A stretch of DNA of 64,000 bases from Haliotis cracherodii (Eukaryota). A program made the position numbers and the translations under genes. The stretch is from assembly GCF_022045235.1 (NCBI RefSeq), contig NW_027266275.1, positions 24,180,001-24,244,000 of the forward strand, given 5' to 3'. The notes beneath the pieces were generated by a model. The model was not told the DNA's origin and did no database searches. It worked only from the letters and a program-made list of their open reading frames with translations. Below, piece after piece: positions 1 to 11,066 of the stretch. Numbering within the stretch: position 1 is the stretch's first letter; the number at the start of each line of letters is the position of its first letter.

Positions 1-1481
1 TAACGCCGCTTTGAGCAATATACCGGCAGCATCACGGCTGGGGGACACAAGAAATGTTATTCACATATTGCACCAATGTGGGCAATCGAACACGGTGTGC
101 TCGGCGTAAGGAGCTAACGCTTTACCCACTAGGCTACCACACCACTCACTAGATACAGTCAGTACAGGTGGATTAAAACAGGTGTCTGATTTTTTAAAAA
201 AAGGCGAGATCTTGAATACACAATATTTTAATTCAAGGAAACCAAAACAAAAAGGTAGTTGTAGGAGACAAGACGATGGAACAGTACGTGTTGGAGGCAA
301 AGCTGAAGCTGATAAACAGAAATTCGCTTCCATACGAAATTGAAAATTACTAACGAGTTTAGAGCAAAAAAGGATTGTATTCATTAATTGTGGACTATAT
401 GGTAAGAATGTGTAGACAAATGCTCCAAATGAACGTCGGGGATGTGGGGTAGCCTAGTGGTTCAAAGCTTTCGTTCGACACGCCGAAGACCCGAGTTCGA
501 TTCTCCACATGGGTATAATGAGTGAAACCCGTTTCTTGTGTCCCCCGCCGTGATATTGCTGGAATAGTGCCAAAAGCGGCGTAAAACCATACTCACTCAA
601 TCACTCACTCACTCACTCAGATGAACGTCACATGAAGACAGGTAACCAGTCTATCGTTACCATGTCACGCAATGAACAACGGTCTTCATCAAATCACCGA
701 CATGACGTCACGCTGATAAGGAAGATTCGTAAACAACCAAAATCGTTTAACCAGGGAGCCTATATATATTTTTTTTGTATGGTCTCCCTGGTTTAACAGT
801 AAGAATGAATTGATTTTTTGAGAAGTGAAATGTTTATGTCTGTAACAACCCTTTCTGTATTGAATGAGCATTGAGGTACAGTGTATAACTGCGGACCTTA
901 ATCATATCCTGGTTGTCCAATCAATGCTCACCGCAAGTGCTAGCTACAAATATGTTTTGTTAATCCTGACCAATCAGATTCAGTGATAAGCGATATAACA
1001 GATTCCCAATTATAGGTGTAATAGCCTACCAGTCCATGCACGTGGTCAGGCGACACAGCCCTGCACCAACCAGGCGTGATGCCCTTTGTCGATCAGCCAT
1101 GTGTCAGTGATTCCCCTGTACGAATAGACGAAGGAAGTGTTTTATCAATCGATTTTTGAGTGAATTACAGGGCAATTTGATGTTTTAAATTAGACGACGC
1201 GTGAATACATAAATATCCGGATCGTGATGTCAGATTACACAAGACTGCCACCGCTCAACAGATACTTGAACATGACGAGGGTTCAGGATACCTAAAAACT
1301 CGACGGATTCCAAGACCATCGAAGGACGAATTTTACAGTCTCAACTCTGTATGGATCAACGCTTGTGGATTTTACCACGTTTACCAGTACTGACTTCCAA
1401 GGTGGGCCCAAGGCGAGCATTGCAAACCTATTCGCCGAGCAGACGACATTCTCTGACAGTGTTTTCATTACCGATGTGACA

Positions 1482-1992
1482 ATGGCAACTCACGAAGCCT
1501 ACCTCCGCAAATCAAGAGACACTGTTATTCCTCCAGGAAGGGATCCAGGACATCAAGACCGTCAGCGCAGAAATCATGTTCCTAGATCGTTGGGCGACTC
1601 GAAACAGTTCCATGCCTACTTCTGCCAGGATAATCTCGATTCCATTTGGACGAGAAAGCTCATTGATGAATTGGAAGGGAGTCATGGCTTTAAATGTGCC
1701 GAGTACCACAGGGACTTGGTGGTAGGAGAAAGGGTTCTAGATTTAATGACTATGTTCATTTTCACATCGGATAGAATCGTCTTCATTCTATCTGAGAATT
1801 TTCTTAAGTCGAATTATGCTATGTATCAACTTCAGCTGGCCGTGCAGTATGACATTGACCACGACACAAACAACATAGTGGCACTCCACGTGGACGAGTG
1901 TAGAGTGCCGTCAGAGCTGTTGACATTTCAGATCATTGACACAAAGTCTCGTGGGTGGAAGGACATATTCATGGACTATTTGAAGAAACCGG
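1482..1992 (+). CDS. TIR-SH3-SH3 protein, coding exon 1 (TIR domain)
   Basis: ATG at 1482 in acaATGG context. The translation has a TIR pattern (FHAYFCQD, RDLVVG, RIVFILSENFLKSNYAMYQL, VPSEL). GTAAGT donor at 1993, phase 1. Confidence 0.88.
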
Positions 1993-2176
1993 GTAAGTCA
2001 TCCTACCTTTAACACAACACGCACTGTACACCAGGTTAGTTCGCTGCACAGTGGAAATACTCGAACATCGATATAAGATTGCATTAACATATTTAGACCT
2101 ATGCATTGATACATTTAAAAAGTGTTGAGTAATTGAGTAAAGATTACCAGGAAATCAAATATATACGTGCCCTACT

Positions 2177-2445
2177 AATCTATGCTATACAATATACACA
2201 AGACGTTTTACTCCATATCGTTCACACGATATACACAAGACATATTACTCTATACCGTTCACACAAAATACACAAGACGTATTACTCTGTACCGTTCACA
2301 CAATATACACAAGACGTATTACTCTGTACCGTTCACACAATATACACAAGACGTATTACTCTATACCGTTCACACAATATATACACGGTCTTTTACTATT
2401 TTTCGTTTACACAATATACAAACGACATATCCTATTACTCTGTGC
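2177..2445. repeat. 37-bp minisatellite, about 7 copies
   Basis: Units start at 2248, 2285, 2322 and 2359 (ctctRtaccgttcacacaatatacacaagacgtatta). Confidence 0.9.
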
Positions 2446-3879
2446 TACGTACCCGTGAAGATCCGGGGTAGAATATGTCTTCAGCAAACCATGCTTGCCG
2501 TAAAAGGCGACTATGCTTGTCGTAAGAGGCGAGTAAGGGAATCGGGTGGTCAGGTTTGATGACTTGGTTGATGCACATCAACATGTATCAACATTGCGTG
2601 GAGCGATGCTCATGATGTCAAACACTGGATTGTCTGATCCAGAGTCGATTATTAACAGACCGTCGTCATATAGCTGGAGTGGATATGATGACGTGTATGC
2701 ATGAACCCAGTCAGTGAGCCTGACCACGGAATCCCGTCAGTCGCCTCTTACAAGCACGGGTTGCTGAACACCAGTTCTAACCCGGATCTTCATGGGGGTA
2801 TTTTATCATACTTATCCAGGTAATTTCATTGGTTCATTCCAACACTACATGGGAGCCTTGTTTTATATTTATATCATACGAAATAACCAAATTACTTCCT
2901 TTTTGCGGGAAAACACGATGCGGGCTGCTTGTACTAGTCCGGAGTGAAGCCGATGTATAGTGCTAGCCCACTGAGATACCATGCCGCAGTTTAACATGAA
3001 TACCCCACTCAGACACAGTATACTGACTCCGAGCCGACCAGTCCTTGTTTTAGCCCCTTAATGCCGAGCGCCAGACAGGGTAAAAACAAGTACCATCTTT
3101 TAACGTCTTTTGGTATGACGCGGTCGGGGATCGCTCTACCACTAGACCATGGAGGCGGTCCTACGTACAATGGAATCTGTTCAGCACATAATTGACTGTT
3201 TATTCTCTGGCGTTGACGTTTTGATGTAGTGGCTTTTTCAAACAGTCCAGGTTGAGATGAACTTGTATTACCCTCAGGCATGCTGACTATTTACACCAAT
3301 ATACATAGGAAGCTCAGTGTGTGTTGGGCATTATTCGTTGTCCCCTGTCTTTTCAAATAGTTTAAACCTTGGTACAGATGTCATAATCAAAGGTCAAGGT
3401 TCCCCGCATTCATAAGTGAACTGACTACGCTAATTACGTCAATGCAGTATACATTCGGAAGTGAAATCTGCAAAAATCTCCCTTTAGAGAATTGTTTGGT
3501 CAGTGTGCAGTGAGTGTTTCAACTAATACTAAGGTATAGCCCCAATGCGTAATGTGAGAGAGTGAGTGAGTATGGTTTTACGTCGCTTTTAGCAATATTC
3601 CAGCAATATCACGACAGGGGACACCAGAAATGGGCTTCACACATTGTACCCATGTGCCATGTGTGCAATCGAACCTGGGTATTCGGCGTGACGAGCGAAC
3701 GCTTTAACCACTAGGCTACCCCACCGCTCTCAATACGTAATATACATCATGAAGTTAATGCAAGCATGAAATTAATGCGAGAAACACGAGTGGCGCATTA
3801 TCATGCCATATTGGACGTATATGCACGTGAGTCCTGCAAAACACACATACATATAAAAGATTTTTGTTATGGTATTGAA

Positions 3880-4740
3880 ATAATATGATAATAAAAGCGA
3901 CAAAGCCCTTTCTATAAGAAATATCTGCAAAAGTCGATTTACGATTTACTATATCATGATCATGTGTTCATGAATCACTATCAAATAGTGATGATGCCAG
4001 GTGTTCGCGAAAAGGTGTGCGCATCCTGTGCCACCAATGGCACCCGTCACAAACAAATGCAAAGGCAAGTCAATTCTTCACCTAATAACACAAGAAGATA
4101 TGGTACCAAATAGGGAATTGCATCGGACATAATTTGTGTCACTGATCCGTCAATTTTGGGAATGTCCTCTACATGTCTATCTTAAAACATTTTGAAAGCT
4201 TTACTGAGGCCTGGAATGTTGTAATGATGAAACACCTTCTGAGCAAGAGAGGTTTGACGCTCTTTGAAATCTTGGTAGAAAGAGCATGCTCGGTTGTATC
4301 TCAAAAGTTGTGAAATGTAGACTCCAAGGGCTGCAGCTTCAGGAAGATAGTTCGACATAAAGGAAAGTTTACCTTTGGAAATTTGCACAACCATCTTGTC
4401 ACACAGTCTTGTGGGGAGTGTTTTGTCACTCCGAATCTTTATGCATAGATCTAAGTATGAAACAGATGATGCGGTCTCACTGGTCTCCTTTATTTCAAGT
4501 TCAGGTGGGTAATAACGTGGAAAGGAATTGGCTATTTGATGGTTATTGAACGATATCAGATTATTAATATTCTGATTTGCCATTTCAAGCAGAAATTCTG
4601 AAATGTCTGAAATTCTGATTGGCGCCCATGGGAATGCCTACTTCTTGCCTAAATGTCTTACCCCCAAATTTTACATAGATAATATCAATGTCCAACATTT
4701 CACAATAGTGTTTTCTCAGTAAACGTCAGATGGCATTTGC
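3880..4740 (-). mobile_element. Penelope-like (Naiad/Chlamys-type) RT remnant with 3' region
   Basis: RQEVGIPMG (about 4625-4652), YPPELEIKET, SYLDL, GVYISQLLRY. The same 3' region recurs at about 17990-18145, 28500-28855, 32870-33340 and 39170-39495. Confidence 0.75.
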
Positions 4741-6217
4741 TTTCATTTTTGACAAATTGACCTGAACCTCTGAACATAGATAACTGTATGTATGATCACA
4801 ACGGTTTGTGCAAAAAAATCCCATGGCCCAAGGAATGCAATTTCCCCTAAAGTTTGTCATGTTGGATAGTGGTGTACAAATTTGAAAAATCAAATGTTTC
4901 GACACAATGAATCTGGTTCTTTTTTGAGATTGTAAAATGGCAAGCAAATCCTTTGAGTTTTTGAGAACCCACGTGGTAATAATTCCACTTGTCTCAGATA
5001 CTCTCTGACCCGTGAAGATCCGCGGTAGAATAGGTCTTCATCAACCCATGCTTGCAGTAAAAGGCGACTATGCTTGTCGAAAGAGGCCACTAACGGGATC
5101 GGGTGGTCAGGCTCGCTGACTTGGTTGATGAATGTCATCGTATCCCAATTGCGTGGATCGATGTTCATGATGTCAATCAATGGATTGTCTGGTCCAGTCT
5201 GGATTATTTTCAGACAGCCGTAATATAGCTGGAATATTGCTGAGTGCGGCATTAAACAAAATGAAACAAACAAACGAAAACAGATACTCTCTATAAAGAA
5301 CCGCCTCCGTGGTCTAGTGGTAGAGCGTCCGCCCGGAGGGGTGAAGGTCCGGGGCAGAATGGGTTTTGTTCCATTTTTGTTTCCTCTTTTGCACTTTGTG
5401 CATTCTACCTATGACAACATCACGCACGGACTTAACCATGGTTTATTTATTCATAATGGCATCATAACAATGTGTAATAGTTTGAACATGTACGGAAACG
5501 CATTTTGAAAACTAATACCATTACTTATTTTTACATTTTAGCGATACTGATTTAACAATCCTCCCTGTACATAATAAATCATTTCTCAAGACGCTTTGTA
5601 ACGCCGTTTGACGCGTACTGAGACAAAAGGAAACCAACACCTCACATGGTCTTTTCCTTTCAAACTGCTTTGGGAACACTGGGGAATAACCAGACATCTC
5701 ACCAAAGCTTGTGTGCCGAACATACAAAATGCAAGAAAACACTTGTTTGAATTAAGGTAAATATGTTTTTAGTAATACAAAAATTGGCATCTTCAGAATA
5801 CTTCCGCGTCTTTATCCTAATTAAACATCAGGTCTTTTAAAAACATGGAATGAGGTGCGTCAAGTAAATATGATTAGGAAGAAGGCGATCACAGTTACGT
5901 TTGCCTTTTGATATGGTTCATGGAGTGAGTGAGTGAGTTTAGTTTTACGCCGCTCTTAGCAATATTCAAGCAATATCACGGCGAGGGACACCAGAAATGG
6001 GCTTCACACATTGTACCCATGTCGGGAATCGAACCCGAGTCTTTGGCGTGACGAGCGAACGCTTTAACCACTAGGCTACCCGACCGGCCCTATGTTACAT
6101 GGAATGTGGATAATTGTAGCGTATATTATGTTCCAGCACCGATGATGCCAGCCAAAATATGCACTTATGGATGTGAGTAGACATTTTACGATGTGATTTT
6201 TCTTCATATATATCTAA

Positions 6218-6547
6218 GGCCACACATTTTTTTTATTTTTCGTTTCACGGGCCTGCCGCTCATACTGCAGAGCAACCGGAAAAGAAATCAGTTATACATA
6301 ATTTATTTTTATTATATCTCCCGCTAGTAATATAGAACCTCACTAAAAAGATTTTCTTATATAAATGCCATGTTTACATCACTATCGGTGATTCAAGTAG
6401 CCAGCTGCAGTTTTAACCCCACAGCAGAATGATTTTCATTAAAAAAAAAAAAAATGATAGGCATAGCTATTTTTTTTTTTTTTGGACCGATCTTGTGTGG
6501 AAAAGCTGGAATAAATCCGCGAAACATATAATTTAAAAGGTGTGGCC
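6218..6547. mobile_element. MITE, PIF/Harbinger-like
   Basis: TIR GGCCACAC...GTGTGGCC flanked by a TAA/TAA TSD. Confidence 0.6.
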
Positions 6548-6628
6548 TAAAAGTTATAAATCTTAATTCACGCCATTGTTATGTATGTAGCACACACCTC
6601 TCAGGTGTAATTCTTTTTATCGTTGTAG

Positions 6629-6738
6629 CACATGTCAGTGTTACAGACTTATGCAAAACTAATAGGTCAGTGATGTCAGAGCCACCAACGCTGAAAGCAA
6701 CTCTCCGTATCCCTGACAACATCAGACGTAGGATCAAG
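6629..6738 (+). CDS. TIR-SH3-SH3 protein, exon 2 (linker)
   Basis: Acceptor ttctttttatcgttgtag. Phase-1 entry gives the open frame AHVSVTDLCK...NIRRRIK. Donor AAG|GTATGG, phase 0. Confidence 0.7.
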
Positions 6739-7829
6739 GTATGGTGCCAAATAAAAAATAGTCATCAAATACACACGTCACACATATTACGTAAAATATG
6801 TATTTGCTCTTTGCTTTTGTTGCCATCAGTCACACACCAGTACATATACTGTTGTATCATTCGCCTAACCTACCAAATTATATCTTGCATAATATCAGTT
6901 TTATTCACAGTACTTATAGGTGTCCGCCACATTTGATTCTGGATAGCATTGCGTGATGAATATTCATTGAACGTGTGGGTAGTGTGAACTAATTATTTGT
7001 GAGTCAGTACGGTTTTATATGTAATCTTACGTACCAAGAAACACTGAGAAATGTACTCGTATATATATTATGTATAGCCATGTAGCAAAGGATATGACAC
7101 TTGTTTACAATTTTAAGCGTGTATTACTTACGAAGTGCGTTCTCCATTGAAGTTCACATTTATTATAGAAGTTATTAAAGCTGCTCTAACGTCTTGAAAT
7201 CACGACGTTTACGTTAATCACATTCGGATCTGTTCTACCGATGTTATTAATTTTGGGGAAATTCATATGTCGATCCTATTGATGTTGTGAAAATGAAAGT
7301 TACATAGCTGCACATACGCGTTAAATCCTGTGTAAAAATTCTTTGAGAATACTGACAGATAGTGTTGTGTACTGTTAGATGTTATTTCAGTAAAAAATGT
7401 CATTGTATTCTGAAGAAGAAGATTGCTATAACATCGCTTTGTACAGCGCTGTATTAATATCAGAGCAATATCATACCCAGCATATGAAGCATGCATATAT
7501 AAGGGTGTAATATTCTTTGGACCTCCTCCGTAGTGTAGTGGATAGAGCGCTCCTGGAAAGCGGATGGTTGGTGGTTCGATCCCCGGCCTCGTCATACCAT
7601 AAGACGTTAAAAGATGATACGTGTTGTATTCCTGCTCGGCGATCGGCAATTGGGGGATAAAACAATGACTGGTCGGCACAGGCAAGGACGCACGCACGCC
7701 ATATAAGTGCAATAATCTTGCTAAAAAGTGCAATAATCTTGAACGCGACGTGTAACCCCATTACAACTCACCACAACTTCCAATGGTTCTCTAGATCCCG
7801 GGTTCTGATGTTTGATGCATGTATTACAG

Positions 7830-7886
7830 ATCTGGCACAGATCCCAGTCCCTGGGCGACACACAGCTGCGGAAAGCAACAACCCAA
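7830..7886 (+). CDS. TIR-SH3-SH3 protein, exon 3 (short linker; could be skipped without a frameshift)
   Basis: Acceptor tattacag, 57 nt (IWHRSQSLGDTQLRKATTQ), donor CAA|GTGAGT, phase 0/0. Confidence 0.55.
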
Positions 7887-8523
7887 GTGAGTATCCTCAT
7901 CAGTTGGGGTAAGTGATTCATTCACGTGTAACTATTCCACATATCACTTCAATCAAAGTCTACAGAGTCATGACACGGTTGAATTGTAACATGTCCCAAG
8001 CGCTCTAAACTCAACGGATCTCGAGGGGTATATAGTGTGATGTACCCCGTGCGTTAGCCCATGTACCCCGATCCGTTAGGCGAGGGTACAAAGTCTCACA
8101 CACAGGGCACATCACATCATATGCCCCGACTGATCGGTCGACAACGAATTTTTCTCCCCAACATTCATTCAAACAGGTCCGGAATATAATTTTGTTCCCA
8201 GTTTCTCCGAGTAAGCAAAACCCGTGTCAGACGAAACGAGTTACTTCCCTTTACCCATTGCATTCGGATAAACATCGGTTCATTTCACCTGTGGGTTTCA
8301 AAAAAAGGGAAACTTCTACGACCTACATCGAACTGACGCACCTTGATATAACTGCAATAATGTTGCTTCCTCACTCGCTACTCTTTTAATGTGGACTTAA
8401 AGTAAAGTCTAACTTTTAAAGTCAACATGTAACCCCATGGGGGCTGAGATATTACATTTTTGTAGAACAAACTGTAAACGTCCCCGCATGTACTGACCGC
8501 TTACCACTTATCTGATTCATCAG

Positions 8524-9219
8524 AGTAGCAGCCCTGTCAGCCTGACTACTGAGAGCAGTACCGACCTAGACGATCAACAGATGGAGGATACAGTGCTAGT
8601 AGGAGCTGAGGATACAGTGAATGTACAGTATTCCTGGAAGCGGGTGACCAAACCACAGGCTACATTGTTGCATGCCCTCAACATACGCGTGAAGGGGGGA
8701 TTCGTGTACGAGGCGAGAGAGTCACGGCTGACTGACAATGAGGATGAACTGAACGTTGAAGAAGGAGACGTGTTAGAAATGTTACACGATGAACCCACTC
8801 ATGGTAATATGTACAAGTGTAAAAATGCTCAAGGACATGTTGGTTTTGTGCCTAATTCGCTGATGTCGCCATCTTTCTATTTGCTCCCCTCTCAAATTGT
8901 AAAACAGTTCAAACAAACAATATCAAATTCTGAAAATGAAATGTTCAGAAAGGAACTTGAACGACTTGGAATTTCCTACTTCGTTGCCACCGGGGAAAAT
9001 CGGGGGGATGCTGTGTACTTATCTGTCAAAAGGAAGGATGTTTTGGTACAAGTAGCAACAAGAAACGCAGGTCGAGCTGTTTTCAAAAACTGTAGAAATG
9101 AAACAGGTTACCTACCCATTTCGCTCACTGAATACGTAAATGTCGAAAAACCCTACTTAGGGTTAGGAATCTCGGCTCTGTTCAACATGGGAAGGGAGAG
9201 TTTTGAATCAGAGGCGTAA
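8524..9219 (+). CDS. TIR-SH3-SH3 protein, last exon (two SH3-like domains)
   Basis: Acceptor gattcatcag, phase 0, in frame with ORF 8581-9219. SH3-1 about 8701-8871 (DELNVEEGDVLE...GHVGFVPNSL). SH3-2 about 8977-9138 (LSVKRKDVL...ETGYLPISL). The joined CDS is 1374 nt, 457 aa. Confidence 0.8.
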   Translation, partial: SSSPVSLTTESSTDLDDQQMEDTVLVGAEDTVNVQYSWKRVTKPQATLLHALNIRVKGGFVYEARESRLTDNEDELNVEEGDVLEMLHDEPTHGNMYKCKNAQGHVGFVPNSLMSPSFYLLPSQIVKQFKQTISNSENEMFRKELERLGISYFVATGENRGDAVYLSVKRKDVLVQVATRNAGRAVFKNCRNETGYLPISLTEYVNVEKPYLGLGISALFNMGRESFESEA

Positions 9220-9509
9220 CACAAGAGGGACAGCATAACGGATAGCTGTGCCTCGTGCCCATCTGTGTTACGATGGAGTAGAGCTCTGCTCCTGGTCAAT
9301 CTATTACGATGGCACATAGTTGTGGCTAATTCTTCTAGTGGTACCATGGTACATAGCTGTCTCATGCTCAGTGGTGTTACTATGGCACGTGTCTGTTCCT
9401 CGTGATCAGTAGTGTTTCCGTGGCACAGTTTATTGCACTTATGATATTTGTGCAGCTCTGACAAAAGCTTTTTTCCTGATTGAAAATACACCGACTGTCA
9501 AATCTGATG

Positions 9510-9768
9510 ATGAGAATGGCAGTGACATCTCTCCCACCTATAACATCTGCAAATTAAGAGAAGTGTTATTCCTTGAGGACATCAAGACTGTCAGCGCAAT
9601 AATCATGTTCCTAGATCGCTGGACGACTCGAAATGATTCCCTGCTTACGTCAGTCAGGATACTCTCGATTGGAGAATTGGAAGGATGTCATGCGCCGAGT
9701 ACCACAGAGACTTTGTGGTAGGAGAAAGGGTTCTAGATTGAATGACTATGACATTTTCACATCGGATT
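9510..9768 (+). pseudogene. Decayed duplicate of the TIR exon 5' half
   Basis: Nucleotide match to about 1480-1772 (aatcatgttcctagatcg; gtggtaggagaaagggttctagatt), with deletions and stops. Confidence 0.8.
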
Positions 9769-10274
9769 AACACGTAAAGATGTCTTGTGCTTGTTCTATC
9801 AGCATGGGAGAATACCGCCCGTATCATTACGCTCTCACTGCCATATCCATCGATCTGCGGTTTGCGGAAAAACGTTAATACGTCGGTACACACTGGCCCT
9901 AAAGTCAGATCTTCGAAATCCTGGAGTTGTTGCTGTATGGCTTAGCCAAGTTAGATGATGTACCTCTTTCGCATAGTATGTGTTAATGTCTTTCATCTTT
10001 CTGTTTTTCGCAAGGGCATATTTTGACAGTGATCAATGAAGTCATCCGTTTATAAGAAATTCGAAATAAACAAAACTCACAATTAAGTACTTTTCTTTGC
10101 AAAAGGAAAATATTTTGTCTCTAAAACGTACACAACCTATTCTGTCGTTTGTATGTTTCTGTACATATGGGTTGGATGTCGATATCATCGATAGTTTTGT
10201 ACCACTACTGTTAAGTAAATACGCCATTGTATTCCAGTATGTTTGTTCGAGTTTGTTGTCACCTATACTTGCCG

Positions 10275-10541
10275 ACCCGTGAAGATCGGGGTAGAATTGG
10301 TCTTCAGCAACCCATGCTTGCCCGAAAAGGCGACTATCCTTGTCGTAAGAGGCGACTGATGGGATCGGGTGGTCAGGCTCGCTGACTTGGTTGATGCATG
10401 TCATCGTATCCCAATTGAATTGGTTGATACTCATGATGCCAATCACTGCATTGGTTGGTCCAGATTCGATTATTAACAGACCGCCGTCATATAGCTGGAA
10501 TATTGCTGAGTGCGGCGTTAAACAACAAACCCACCAACCAA
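10275..10541 (+). mobile_element. SINE-like family B (no tRNA head; (AAAC)n tail)
   Basis: About 15 copies: about 2451-2680, 2685-2796(-), 5008-5275, 22022-22215(-), 23005-23092(-), 25248-25375, 26140-26335, 28962-29200(-), 31006-31151, 33857-34097(-), 45425-45640, 60768-60990, 62938-63200, 63351-63611. Confidence 0.85.
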
Positions 10542-10799
10542 CTGTTAACGGCAACACACGTCATCACCGAATACAGAATAACATGTGACCAACCATGAAA
10601 TAAGGGACCTTATGGGTGAAATATCACATTTTGTATTCTAACTATATTTTAAAACTACGGTATCGTAGGAAAATAAAAATACAATTGATAAGCTTTAATT
10701 AATATATATTACACATATACATGCCATCACATATTTGGACTCATTTCCTGCAAAGTCCCAATTTTCAGACTTATAATGTTCATACCTGTCTGGGCTGTA

Positions 10800-10955
10800 C
10801 AGTTAAATCACCCACCCTACAGCCCAGACTTTGCCCCAGTGACTATTTCCTGTTCCGGCATATGAAATCTGCCCTACGTGGAAGACACTTCCAGGATGAC
10901 GAGGACATAAAGGCTGCCACAGAGGCGTGGTCAGAGGACCAATCTGAGGATTTCC
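10800..10955 (+). mobile_element. mariner transposase C-terminal remnant
   Basis: HPPYSPDFAP, then a frameshift, then SDYFLFRHMKSALRGRHFQDDEDIK. This is the mariner YSPDLAP motif region. Confidence 0.8.
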
Positions 10956-11066
10956 TAATCCCAGCTTTCCACTTGTCTCACCAACCCCAGCCTTCCAGCA
11001 AAAAAATAAATCTCTAGGGTTCAGGCACCACACATCTCAACTCACCCAAACCAAACACCCCAAAAC

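Noticed and set aside
438-510. tRNA genes at SINE heads (also 18840, 26458, 44741, 50590)
   Set aside because: The heads run into SINE bodies with tails and TSDs, and there is no proper acceptor stem.
1365-1481. N-terminal extension of the TIR ORF from GTG 1365
   Set aside because: The first in-frame ATG in good context is 1482. An upstream exon cannot be excluded but has no support.
8025-8125. Nested hairpin resembling a Crypton-like non-autonomous element
   Set aside because: Single degenerate copy whose boundaries and family cannot be supported.
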